Source: Octopus sinensis
Lineage: Eukaryota
Assembly: GCF_006345805.1 (NCBI RefSeq)
Contig: NC_043001.1
Span: 53,506,001-53,570,000 of the forward strand
Direction: 5' to 3'
Length of the DNA stretch: 64,000 bases
Shown here: piece after piece, positions 38,777 to 52,178 of the stretch
How the letters are laid out: each line of letters starts with the position of its first letter
Numbering within the stretch: position 1 is the first letter of the stretch
Notes under the pieces: generated by a model
What the model saw: only the letters and a program-made list of their open reading frames with translations
What the model was told of the DNA's origin: nothing
Databases searched by the model: none
Position numbers and translations under genes: made by a program

Positions 38777-38793
38777 ATAATATATATATATAT

Positions 38794-38891
<98 letters not shown>

Positions 38892-38950
38892 CATATATAC
38901 ATATATATATACATATATATACATATATAATATACATATATATACATATC

Positions 38951-39182
38951 GGCCACCCCTCTCCACACCACCAGTGTTATCCAAGGGAAAGGCAAAGGCC
39001 GATACAGCTTGGCACTCGTGAAGTCGTAACTCATTTCTACAGCTGAGTGAACTGTAGTGAACTGGAGGCCGGTATGCATGGGTGACTGCTGGTCTTCCAT
39101 AAACAACAATGCCCAGACTTGTTACTAGGAGGGTAACTTTCTAGGTGCAATCCCATGGTCAGTGTCCTGACCGAAGGGGGTC
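38951..39182. mobile_element. Chimeric SINE-like fragment(s)
   Basis: A GC-richer island (ggcaaagg...catttctacagctgagtgaactg) fused to a second tail-like block (ctggtcttccataaacaac...gaccgaagggggtc). Family assignment is from recall only. Confidence 0.45.
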
Positions 39183-39242
39183 CCGGATCCCGGATATACG
39201 TATATATACATATATATATATTTTTGGTAAGGTGCGAAACCA

Positions 39243-39284
<42 letters not shown>

Positions 39285-39444
39285 TATAAATAAGGATAAT
39301 ATCGATATTTAAATATCGATATTATCAAGTGGCCAGCATGGGAAAAAATACCATACAAAGGTAACAATTTGTTACACTAAAAATAAGGGATTTGACTGCT
39401 ATTTCGGCATGGTGGTGTCTCTCAGACACACTTATTTTTAGTTT

Positions 39445-39570
<126 letters not shown>

Positions 39571-40269
39571 ACGAAAGATGAGTGCAGTTGAATGTTTGAG
39601 TTTGACCAACTATTGACTTCATCCATTGTAAAATCAATATTGTTTATCAGATTCCGTTCATGCTTAGCTAATACGTCACTATGTTCCACAAAAGGTTCTA
39701 CACTCTTTAGACTTTTCACTTCTGGAGTAATATGGAGTAATGAGCATCTAAGTTCAGAAGGTCAGTAAAGCCTATAGTGACTATTGCGAATTAACTGTCA
39801 GAAATTTATTGTTTGCCTCACACCGAAAGGTGTGTGTATATGTATGAATCACCTTACTCTCAGCGAAACAGTCTGCAACATCTCCAAACTGAAACAGTAC
39901 ATTACAGACAACAAGCTCAGCTGTTACCATACAGCGTCCGGTAAATTCCGTAAAATAATTTTATTTCCTGTTTTCTGTGGCTTGGAATGTACATTTCGTT
40001 TGATGTCAGCATAAAGTGTAAGAGAGAGAAATTTGACAGGGACTGGTGTATGTGTTGATGACAGCTGGGAGACAGAAAGTGTCTTGTGTGTATGTGAGTG
40101 AGAGAGAGAGAGAGGGAGAGATGTGTTGATGTGTGTGAATGTCTGTGTGTGATTGAGGGAGAGAACAGCGTACATTTTTTATTTATCTTGCCTCTCCTTT
40201 TTTTTAAGTGAGTGTGTGAGTGATTGACTGAGAGAGAGAGGGGGGAGAGTATGTATCGCTCTGTGTATG

Positions 40270-41468
40270 TGTGTGTGTGTGAAAGAGAAAGATCGTAAAT
40301 TTTATATAATTACTTTTTCTTGCATCCTTTTCAGTGTTTGACTGTGAGAGATAGAAAGTGAAGTGTGTTGTCAGAGAAGTGTCTTGCTCTATGTGTGTGT
40401 GAGTGAGAGAGAGGGTAAGAATGATAGCTCTGGCATTTATTTTTGTACATGCCGTTATTTTACATGTGTGCTTGACATAAATGTTTGCTTATCTTTATCA
40501 TACATGACTATCATTAAAAAACAAAGCTTCAATGCGGTTGTGCCAGGTATTACGAGGAAAATAAATATAAGATACAAAATGCTTCAGATAAGATATAGGA
40601 TCCCTAATGCCTACTGAAATTGCGATCTCATTTCATGGACTTTCACTTATTACTAACTGCCAAATTTGAATTTAAAAAAATGTATACATTCCCTAATGTA
40701 TACATTCTTAATACCATATCATAAACTGCTAACGAAAGTGGTAACTATACATTTTACGTTTACCAACTTGAAACGACTTCTTACTGCGCGGGGTAATTCA
40801 AATTAAACCGTCTACAGGACTGCACCATTATTATAATTACACCATCCAAATGACGAGTGCACATGCTAGTATATGTGTGCGTGTGAGTGTGTGTATGTGC
40901 GTGTGTGTGTGTGCGTGCGTCTGTGTGTGAAAGTATATATGTATATGTGCACATGCTTATGTTCAAATTTGAGCTAAAATAAAATAAATAGGTGTTATTT
41001 GAACACAGATTGAATAATGCAATATCCTCTGAAGGCACACTAGTGATTTATTTTGAAAATATTTTTAATATATTAAAGCAAGTGTTATTCAAGCAGAGAT
41101 ATTTCTTGAAATGTCGCAACGGGGGTAAACAAGGAAATAGCTATTGAATAATATGAGAAGATTGCAAATACATACATGTGTGTGTGTGCGTGCGTGTACG
41201 TGTGTGTATGTGTACAAGAGAAGACATAAATAAAAAAAGGTTAGGCATATAATAAACTATGCGAATAATATTGAAGAAGAAACTGCAAGTCGTTTAGAAT
41301 TTACTATTGAAATTAATTGAAATGAATAAATAGTTAATTAAGTTTATGTAGAAGCCGTAAGTCAATGTCACGATTGTTAAGTTTATTAATGAATGTAATA
41401 TAATGAAATTAGTTCTTAAGGATAAAACGCTTCTTGTTTCTAGTTCTGCTGCATTAACTTAATATATA

Positions 41469-41527
<59 letters not shown>

Positions 41528-41744
41528 ATATATAATATATATTGTAGCTTGTATGTATTTTGTAAATGTGATACGGGTAAATACAAAATATGTTATGCTA
41601 TGTTGTGCAACTGAAGACCACAACCTTCTCTTGTAAATAATAAAATACAGTAGTTAAACTTTCGTTATGAGTCGCCAACAACCATACGAAACTTATTGAT
41701 AAAATTTAAGTTCAATAATTGGTTATGTATTTCAACCGTCCATC

Positions 41745-41798
<54 letters not shown>

Positions 41799-42998
41799 GT
41801 GTGTGTGAAAGAGAAAGATCGTAAATTTTATATAATTACTTTTTCTTGCATCCTTTTCAGTGTTTGACTGTGAGAGATAGAAAGTGAAGTGTGTTGTCAG
41901 AGAAGTGTCTTGCTCTATGTGTGTGTGAGTGAGAGAGAGGGTAAGAATGATAGCTCTGGCATTTATTTTTGTACATGCCGTTATTTTACATGTGTGCTTG
42001 ACATAAATGTTTGCTTATCTTTATCATACATGACTATCATTAAAAAACAAAGCTTCAATGCGGTTGTGCCAGGTATTACGAGGAAAATAAATATAAGATA
42101 CAAAATGCTTCAGATAAGATATAGGATCCCTAATACCTACTGAAATTGCGATCTCATTTCATGGACTTTCACTTATTACTAACTGCCAAATTTGAATTTT
42201 AAAAAATGTATACATTCCCTAATGTATACATTCTTAATACCATATCATAAACTGCTAACGAAAGTGGTAACTATACATTTTACGTTTACCAACTTGAAAC
42301 GACTTCTTACTGCGCGGGGTAATTCAAATTAAACCGTCCACAGGACTGCTCCATTAGTATAATTACACCATCCAAATGACGAGTGCACATGCTAGTATAT
42401 GTGTGCGTGTGAGTGTGTGTATGTGCGTGTGTGTGTGTGCGTGCGTCTGTGTGTGAAAGTATATATGTATATGTGCACATGCTTATGTTCAAATTTGAGC
42501 TAAAATAAAATAAATAGGTGTTATTTGAACACAGATTGAATAATGCAATATCCTCTGAAGGCACACTAGTGATTTATTTTGAAAATATTTTTAATATATT
42601 AAAGCAAGTGTTATTCAAGCAGAGATATTTCTTGAAATGTCGCAACGGGGGTAAACAAGGAAATAGCTATTGAATAATATGAGAAGATTGCAAATACATA
42701 CATGTGTGTGTGTGCGTGCGTGTACGTGTGTGTGTGTATGTGTACAAGAGAAGACATAAATAAAAAAAGGTTAGGCATATAATAAACTATGCGAATAATA
42801 TTGAAGAAGAAACTGCAAGTCGTTTAGAATTTACTATTGAAATTAATTGAAATGAATAAATAGTTAATTAAGTTTATGTAGAAGCCGTAAGTCAATGTCA
42901 CGATTGTTAAGTTTATTAATGAATGTAATATAATGAAATTAGTTCTTAAGGATAAAACGCTTCTTGTTTCTAGTTCTGCTGCATTAACTTAATATATA

Positions 42999-43067
<69 letters not shown>

Positions 43068-43278
43068 ATATATATTGTAGCTTGTATGTATTTTGTAAAT
43101 GTGATACGGGTAAATACAAAATATTGTTATGCTATGTTGTGCAACTGAAGACCACAACCTTCTCTTGTAAATAATAAAATACAGTAGTTAAACTTTCGTT
43201 ATGAGTCGCCAACAACCATACGAAACTTATTGATAAAATTTAAGTTCAATAATTGGTTATGTATTTCAACCGTCCATC

Positions 43279-43326
<48 letters not shown>

Positions 43327-43340
43327 TGTGTGTGTGTGTA
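40270..43340. repeat. Tandem duplication of a ~1.53 kb unit (40281-41806 / 41807-~43340)
   Basis: Unique sequence is repeated at offset ~1526 with only a handful of substitutions. The junction lies in (TG)n. Confidence 0.95.
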
Positions 43341-43534
43341 TAGATAGGTTTTATATATGCATGTATGTATGTGTACATGTAAAACATGTGTAACAGTTAA
43401 TCTGTTTTTTTTTCTCTTCATACGGTTTGTTTCCTCATTTTTGTAGTAGAAGAGTGTAGGATGAAAAAGTCAAGGAGACTTCCATTTTTCCTAAGTGTGA
43501 GACTACTACATATTATTGTAGTTTGTTATATTTA

Positions 43535-43559
43535 TTACGGTTTGCTTGAGGCTAACTTC

Positions 43560-43599
<40 letters not shown>

Positions 43600-43657
43600 T
43601 ATATATATTATATATATATATATGAAAGGAAGAAAGTTAGCCTCAAGCAAACCGTAA
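43535..43657. repeat. 24-bp perfect inverted repeat enclosing (TA)n
   Basis: ttacggtttgcttgaggctaactt ... aagttagcctcaagcaaaccgtaa. Confidence 0.9.
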
Positions 43658-45028
43658 AATTATAAAAACAACTTCCAGAGACTATAGTGATTTATTGAGA
43701 CGGTAGGTTGTGAATTTTTTTCTTGTAGATGTATGATAAATTGAAAAACGTTCGTTTATATTTAACGGTAGGCAACCAGGTTTGTCGGGCAAGCAAATAA
43801 GAATACAAGAGTTAAGGAACGGAGTAGATATCATTCGGGCTGCATATATTTCATTGCGAGCAGAACCTCGTAAGTAGTAAGCATCCAAGCGGGCTAATGA
43901 TGTCTTGATTAAATGAAAGTTTAAATTGTCGGAAGGAGGTACGTGTGAATTCATGGAAGATTCAATAAAAATAACTTGTGCCTGCTTGTGACTATGTAAA
44001 CATGTCTTAACATGTACCTTCTTGCGACAATGTATACTTTCATCTAATCAAAACATCCTTGGCCTGAAAAGTAACCATCGGTATACACCTCGCTTGGATA
44101 TGTAGCCGGCTTCTTATCTACAGAATTCCTTAACTCTTGTGTATGTATGTATATATATATACATATATATATGTGTGTGTGTGTGTGTCAATTGGAGCAT
44201 CGTCTGCATGTGTTAAGATCATGGTGTGCGTATGCCCGTAGAGACATGTGTGTACATAGATACATACATAAATACATAGATATGCGACTGTCTGTATGTG
44301 TGTGTATAGCTATGTGGGTTTCGTATATTTGTGAGTTGATTTCTTAATTCCACCGAAGTAAAATACCTTTGACGTGATACTTAATTAAGCATAATTTAAT
44401 TTCAAGCAAAAAACCGAACTTAAAAACTTCGACTGCCATCATTCAAAAACTCTTTTCAAATTTTATGCAAAATTTTCTATAAGTATTTCATTTAGCTCAC
44501 TTTTGTTTTCATAATCATGATTATTCTTATGATTATTATTTAGTTATATGCAAAATCTACTCATATATGTTTAGGGTAGGCATCGATCAAGTTTAATTTT
44601 AGCTGTCAGCTATTTAGGTTTCTAATCCTTTTTAGTCGAACACACAGCTTATATATATATATATATATATGTTTGTAAATCTGTATACACAAATGCGTGC
44701 ATACACACATATAAATAATATAAGCAAGCCTAATAAAAAATATGCTATTAACCGATCTACATACATACTTCTTCAATAAGACGTCAACCTCCCATATGTC
44801 ACGCAGGCTTTATGAACGTCTTCTCTCAGGTATGCCACTGTCGTTACAAACAAGCAATTCACGGAGCAAATAGTGCTCCACCCAACAAGGGGTAGAAATC
44901 TTAAAATTTTCTATTTAAAAAAGTGGATAAAGTTATTTCAAATTGTGTATTTCTTAAAGAACGCTAACTTACGGGATCTAAATAAGTGGGAGGATAAATA
45001 TAACCAAAACGACACATATGAGACAAAT

Positions 45029-45167
45029 GATGGGTTTTCACACGGTTTCCATCTACTATACTCACTCAAAAAATTATCGCTTTCAGTTCATAGTAGTATG
45101 TCTTAACCATGTTGCCGCACTATGGGATTGAATGAAAACCACATGGGTGAACAATGAACTTCTTAAC
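45029..45167 (-). mobile_element. Degraded CORE/MIR-like SINE (family C)
   Basis: Aligns loosely with 52030-52178. Confidence 0.5.
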
Positions 45168-45289
45168 TTCACACCATATATAATTATATCAAATACTGCG
45201 AAGTTCAATGCCTAATCTTTTCCCCCTATACTTTAATAATAATTCATTTCATTATGTAATAGGACTTCAATTTTAGGGTAAATGATCTA

Positions 45290-45645
45290 GTTGATTATAT
45301 CAATCCCAGTGCTCAATTAATTTTAATTTTATCGAACCGATAGGATGAAAAGCAAAGTCGACGTCGGCGGAATTTGAACTCAGAACTTAATAAGCTTGAA
45401 GAAATTTTGCTAACCATTTTTTTCCCTCGGACGTGCTAACGATTCAGCAACTTGCTGCCTCAGTAATATAGTTTCTAATTTTGGTAAAAATCAAGAAATT
45501 TTAATGGATTGTGTAAGTCGATTACATCAATTTCAGCATTCAGTTGGTATTTATTCTATCGACGCCGAAAGGATGAAATGTAAGGTAGACCTCCATGGTA
45601 TTCGTACTGAGAACGTAAAGAACAGTGACATCTTTGAGACGCGCA
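45290..45645 (-). mobile_element. Two degraded SINE family A copies (45290-45459 and ~45510-45645)
   Basis: Core ggatgaaa...aagtcgac...ggaatttgaactcagaac. Confidence 0.75.
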
Positions 45646-48600
45646 AGCTGGTTGCATTAGGAAATAAGAAATTATTAGAAGCCAAGGCCTGAGAAACCCA
45701 TTTAGAGGTTTATCTTCAGATTTTATCCTATTATTTCATTTTGAAAGTGTCAAACATTCTTTCACGTGCTAAAATATATTTGTTCTTTTGTATCCTACTA
45801 CTATTGTCACACATGTCCGTTTGAATAATAACTTAATTGAAACCAAAAATTAACAACCACTTTTACATTTTATTTATTGCACAATCTACTTGTGATTGGC
45901 TTATTTAAACTGGTAATGTATTTGTCACAAATGGGCTGTCAAATCATAGAAAAATAATCAATAGCCTGTTATAATATTTATGTCTTTCTCTACCATGGAA
46001 AAACTCTGGGTAGAAAAACTTACATATAAAAAGCTCATTCGCAGAAAGAAAATACAAATTTAGGTTGCTGTGAGAAAATGACTGTTGATTTAATAGTACC
46101 GAGAGAGGAAGCGATGAAATTAGATGTGTAGTCAAGAACCTGTCATCTACGATTGTGTACAATGTAGCTGGCTGTCAGTTGCAAAGGTAAAACTAATCAA
46201 TAAGGAAGAGAAATAGATCAAATATGAACAGATGTTAGATTACTCTCAAGTTTAATAAACAAACCGACTAAATCTTTATTACAGTGTATTGACAAGAATA
46301 CGGACAAAACGATAAGTATTTTGGCTACGTTTCCTTACTTTAACTGCTAAATATTTACGTACTTAGGGGTAGAAGCTACGCATAATTTATTTCAGAATAC
46401 ATTGTAAGGTCATATTTTAAAGAACATATTTCTCATGTCTGAAAACATCAATCTTCATAGATTGACGATAGATATAAAAAGAGAACCGGGGAACTTGATT
46501 GGTGTGAAATCTACAAGACATAAACTCAATTTTAAAATATACTTAATAGGTTCGAGCACACTGTATCAAAAATACGAGGACCATGCCACATATCGCATTA
46601 CGTTCAGCTTTCCTTTTTCTGTTCTTTATAATGTTTAATTCTTCTTCTTTACTAACGAATAAATTTGGAAGCATAACGAGTGCGGATCCTATTGTAGAGA
46701 TGACGTTTGGAGATTTGTGATTAAAGCATAATAAATTATAAAATGAATAATTAGTAAAGATGGATGAGGATTATTATTTAAATCAAAAGCCATAGTGAGT
46801 TGACTGCAGAATGTATGACGCTGCACATTGAAATATTTAGTGTATACGATAGGTTATGCAACAAATATTATGTCATTTAATTCCTGATTGTCATTTCAAT
46901 ATTAGTATGTCATATATAACTTATGGATTAGATTATTTCCTTGTGATGGTGCTGCTGCTATTCCTACTACCGATGATGATGATGATGAGGATGATGTCTC
47001 AAAGATTGTAAATTGCACAGAAAAAATACTACGAAACTCCTCCTTACCGAGGTTATATTGAACTATTATTTGAGAATAGAACCGAAGCGTAAAATTTATA
47101 AAATATTTTTCACGAGTTTGGTCAGTATCTGCAAATAAATTTATGCGCAACATCTCTTAGAGTATTAATGTAAGTTGAGACCAACATATGAGCTAAATCT
47201 CTTAGAGTATTAATGTAAGTTGAGACCAATAAATGAGATCATTATTGAATCTGATCCTGGTACCGAAATCCATGATGTTGTATTGAACTTATACCCAGAG
47301 TAGATATAGCGATAAGGCACAAGACACAAAACTAGAATTGTAAATTAGAAATGAATACAACAAATGAATCAGATTCAGAATAATTCTGGAAAATACACTG
47401 ATACCTATTCTACATAAAATATAATTTATACGAAATACTCTAAATATCCCAAGTTTAAACTTCGCTTCCACATAAACTGGAATTTAAGATAATTGAAGAT
47501 CTTAGTCATACCAAACAAAAAAAAACATAAAAGTAGCGTTCGAAAGATTCCATGCAACACCTGGTATACGTAGGATGCACCTAATTTGCACATTGAGAAA
47601 ATGGCACTTGAATCAAATAGGGGTCTTCTACAAAGTAATTGCAATAGAACTAAAATATGCATAGAAACAAGGGAAAGGAAACTAACCGTTGCGGTGAGGG
47701 GAGTTGAGGGAAATAATATTCTACATGTAGAAGGAAGAAAAAATAATTAACAAACGATAATAGATTTCGATAGTCACAAGGTAATAGAACAAAGTTTTTA
47801 AATATTGCATCAGTATGGAATTTCATACTGCTGAAAATAGAATGCACCCTCCCCAATAGAAGAAGAAAGAAATAAACTACGAGAAAATTCGATAAACAAG
47901 GCAGTGGAAAATGAAAGCAGCTAAAGACAACTGTGTTAAAACAGAAACAAAATGAATTGATTTTCAATGCAAAGGATCAGTACAATGATACAAAACATCG
48001 AAAGAAAGAAGAGAATATTCAAGTGCAGAATATTCCAATAATTGCACTGAAACGACTGAAGGTGTATACCTAAATGGAGAGTCCTGAAAAGTCAGTGTGT
48101 ATCCACATGTACAAAATTCGGCCTGATATTACGTTTTGCTGTATAAGGATGCAGCAAACCTTAAACATGAAATCGAACTCACCAGTTTAACATGAGTAAT
48201 GCCTGACATGGCATACACTATCAAATAAGTCACGGTTACCAAAGTCAGACGCGAACATATTTTTAGTTTGATACACAGAATTAAAGAAATTATACCACGT
48301 TGATAGACAAGTGAATAGAATGGATAAATAGCTCATATAAAACACGGATGAGAGCTAACTCAAAATGAGATAAACTGGACAAATGTTTTACATAATGGAG
48401 CACTTGATCCCAAAATTTTGTATCTTCCTGCATAATTTATTTTACACATGTGGATTTGTTTAATCCTAACTTTAGTGGAATATCAATTGTCAGGTTGAGA
48501 ATATATATGCTGAATTAAATGTTGCCACTCTTTGCCGGTAAAATACTGCGTTCAGGCCCAAGATACCTTCGAACATCTGTAGAGTCTACATGTCATGAAT

Positions 48601-51596
48601 CTCAAATAGTTCCTTGTGGTAACCTGCAGAAAGTATTTGATTAATTTCAAACCGAAGCGTAGTTGACTTCAATGCTCATATATGTTAGTAACTTACTGAT
48701 ATGTGAAACTAATCTATTCCAGGAACACATTTCAATTTACTGATTCTTAACTAATTTGTACTCAGTGGTTGACGTACTGGTGAGATTATTTCCAAACAAA
48801 ACAAATACATAGTTGTAGAAAACAAAATTATCTTCGAAAGTGAGATAATTCATTTTTCTGTGGGGATTAGAAACACGGTCAATATATTTTTCATTCCATG
48901 CATTCCGCAACACAAGAATATCAACCGGTCCCTAACTATAGTATTCATGCGTATCTGACAGATTGATTATATTGCAGTAGCATATACGTTGTTTATATTG
49001 GCTATTTTGATTGTCTAACTACATTGACATGAAATTAACAATTTTATCACCCACTTTCATATATCAAAATATTCTAGCATATGAATAATTTGTTTTGTCA
49101 TTTCGCGTTTAGTTCTTTTCCGTTTTCACTATGTTGAAAATGTTCTCCATTAAATCTTTCATTGTAATGATGTTATATTTTCCATACTTATTAAATAAAT
49201 AATTTTTATTGCTATGTATTTTTAAATATTGATATATTCAGTGATGTTTTATTGACCCCTTATCTATTGTAAACTAAGGGATGGAGTAACAAATTAGTGT
49301 CTATAAACATGCTTTAAAACGAGCAGGCAATTGGATATTCGAAAATTACTGAATTCTCAAAGTACGAAGTAGCGTTGTAGGAAAACAAAGTGACAAGTCC
49401 CACTAAATTACTGCTGTATCTAACATACACATTCCTAACACATGTTTTCCCAAGTTGCTTTGGAAATTGGATAAAATGAGTTCTCACGACTGACGCAAAA
49501 ACGCGAATAAATTTGTAGATACAGTATTAGATTTCACAGATCTTGTTCAATCCTAAAATTCAAATGACAAGAATGATGGAGCCACCTTTAGCATGATATC
49601 GATTAGTCCGGTTCAATAATAATACAAATACTAATTTGAGATTTCTAAGGTCGTGTACGCATAATGATATCAAAAGCGATGACGTAGAAGTGTCTTACTT
49701 ATATGTGGACACTAGTCGTTGATGTCGTCAACCTACATTATAGATCTTGTTTCTCGGTTCAGCAACTTGATAGTTTATTCACAGCTTCCATACAATAAGA
49801 GTACAATGGATCGATTCGTTTGTTTAGGAAATATACACTTTACGAGATTTTTGCGAATATATTTTTGACATGTATATGTGTGTGTGTCTGTGTATGTTTA
49901 CGTTTCTATGCGTGGGTGTATGTGTAAATGGTGATGTGTAGAATTGATCTCTTACGATAGTGCACTCTGATGATAAGACATAATACAATTACAACAGTCT
50001 TTCAGGGACAGTGTGTTTTGGTGCACATTTAAAATTTTCCTCAATTCTTTTATTCGAGTGGCAGTAATTTGAAACTGTTGGTCTGATTTTCCTTAACAGG
50101 CGATTGTCCGCTTTGATATTTTTCCGTTAGGTTATTTATCTAGAATGTTTTGTATTGCTGTCTATATAATATCAACATGTACGTGTATTGTTATTATATG
50201 ACGGATAATGTGAGCATTTGTCTAATAATTTATTTAATACCCAATTCAATATGTTTTGACCAGATTAAGAATTTCATAATGTTAGAATCTTTAGAAAAAT
50301 GTCAGACATATGTCGTAGCTATTTTTGCTTCAAAAGCAACGACCATGTGTCTGAATGACAATGTTTGCTAAATACGCGCGCACACACATACGCACGTGCG
50401 CACATCACACATCGCTGTGTCTTTATCTCTCACTCTCTATGTTCAGCAGTTGGCCCCGATTAGATTACACAACACTAAACCTCAACATCATGATAAATTT
50501 GGAATGTGATATGAAATATACGGCACGATTCAACTATACGAAGCATATTTGCTAGAATATACTCATAACTACCTACACATACGCATAAACAGTATCCGAG
50601 AACTTCATCAGGGCACCCATAAATGTCATCTACAAATGTGACATAGAGCTGTTGATATACCAATATGCAAAGCCATCTGGAGAAGAATGTTTGGGGATAA
50701 ATATAGGGTATATGGTCTTACTGAATGCATAAGTAAACAATAGCGCACTTGATAATGGTAGAACATGCACATCAAACCATCTGCATAGTGTAAATATATT
50801 AGACTAAGTATATTTGTTTGGAATTGACACGGGAGATATTCACTGATACACAAGTAAACTGGTTTGATTATGTGATTGTCTTCGAAACAGACAGTCAAAG
50901 AAAAACAATAGACAATTTCTCCGAATCATTCAGTCTCTATTCACAGATGTGAAATTCAAATTTGCAAAACTAATGTTTGGTGCGCTTGGTGTTGTTAGTA
51001 ATAGCCTTAGTGATAATCTGAAAAATAAATTAAACAGCTAACACGTACATTATAAATACAATCGGTAAGGATAAGAGCAACATTGTTTTGTTAACTATAG
51101 TCTAACGATGGCGATTTGTAACATTGCTGCAAGTCAGCTCCTTCCTTGCAAGAAAAATACAAACATCTAAAGATTGGAATTGATTTACATACAAATCTTA
51201 CATATGCATATGTGTATTTGTATGTGTGTGAGTTGGTGAAAAATATGCATATCCCCGTCAGCTACATACTCGTGACAATTCATGACCACCCACATAACGC
51301 ATTATCCAACCAGAGTGCAGCTCATACTGACTGGGTGATCGAAACTGGAAGAAAATTCTACTGGCCGGTTAGATGCACTCTCGCATATGTATTTTGAACA
51401 CGCACAAGCATGTTTTTCGTTTTACTGTCTCCAAGAAAAAAGAAAAAAGAACTGCAGTATTGTTCACGGGTGTTGTTCACATAATTTCTCATATAGCCAC
51501 CAAGAAATATAAGACAATACCTGCACACACCCACACATGTACCTACATAAACATATATCTATACGCACATACAATTCATATATATATATATACATG

Positions 51597-51893
51597 TAAA
51601 CATCTTATAATTAAGGGCTAAAGAAGGTTATTCTATAGCCAATACACTGATTTATCCTCTTATAATCCACTTGTTACAGGAAAATTGAACTGAAAGCGGG
51701 CAACTAACCTTTATAAATTTATAGGGATTAATTCCGAAATTGATTCAATATAGAGATAACGAAATTTAAATTTTTCTAACGGTTAGTTGCCCGCTTTCAG
51801 TTCAATTTTCCTGTAACAAGTGGATTATAAGTGGATAAATCAGTGTGTTGGCTATAGAATAACCTTCTTTTGCCCTTAATTATAAGATGTTTA
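51597..51893. mobile_element. MITE/foldback with 113-bp TIRs and TA ends
   Basis: 51597-51709 is the near-perfect reverse complement of 51781-51893, around a 71-bp spacer. TA at both ends. Confidence 0.85.
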
Positions 51894-52029
51894 TACTTCA
51901 ACCGTAATGGGTTTTTAATATACTGCCACGCTTTTTGATGGAATCCTTTTCTGTAGAGAAAGGGACTTCATCCTATATTGTTAGTATATATATATATTGT
52001 TAGTATATATATATATATATATATATATA

Positions 52030-52178
52030 CACGACGGGCTTCTTTCAGTTTATGTCTATCAAGTCCACTGACAAGGCTTTGTATGACCCGAGCCTATAGT
52101 GGAAAACACTTACCCGAGTTACCTTATAGTGGGACAGAACCAGGAACAACACTGTGGTTGGAAAGCAAGCTTCTTACT
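52030..52178 (-). mobile_element. CORE/MIR-like SINE (family C)
   Basis: Contains a MIR-core-like acacttacccgag...gtgggacagaacc, followed by the reverse complement of a tRNA-like head. CORE-SINEs are reported from octopus (recalled). Confidence 0.6.

Noticed and set aside
47152-47229. CRISPR-like repeat-spacer appearance
   Set aside because: Only two units with similar intervening sequence, eukaryotic context and no cas genes.
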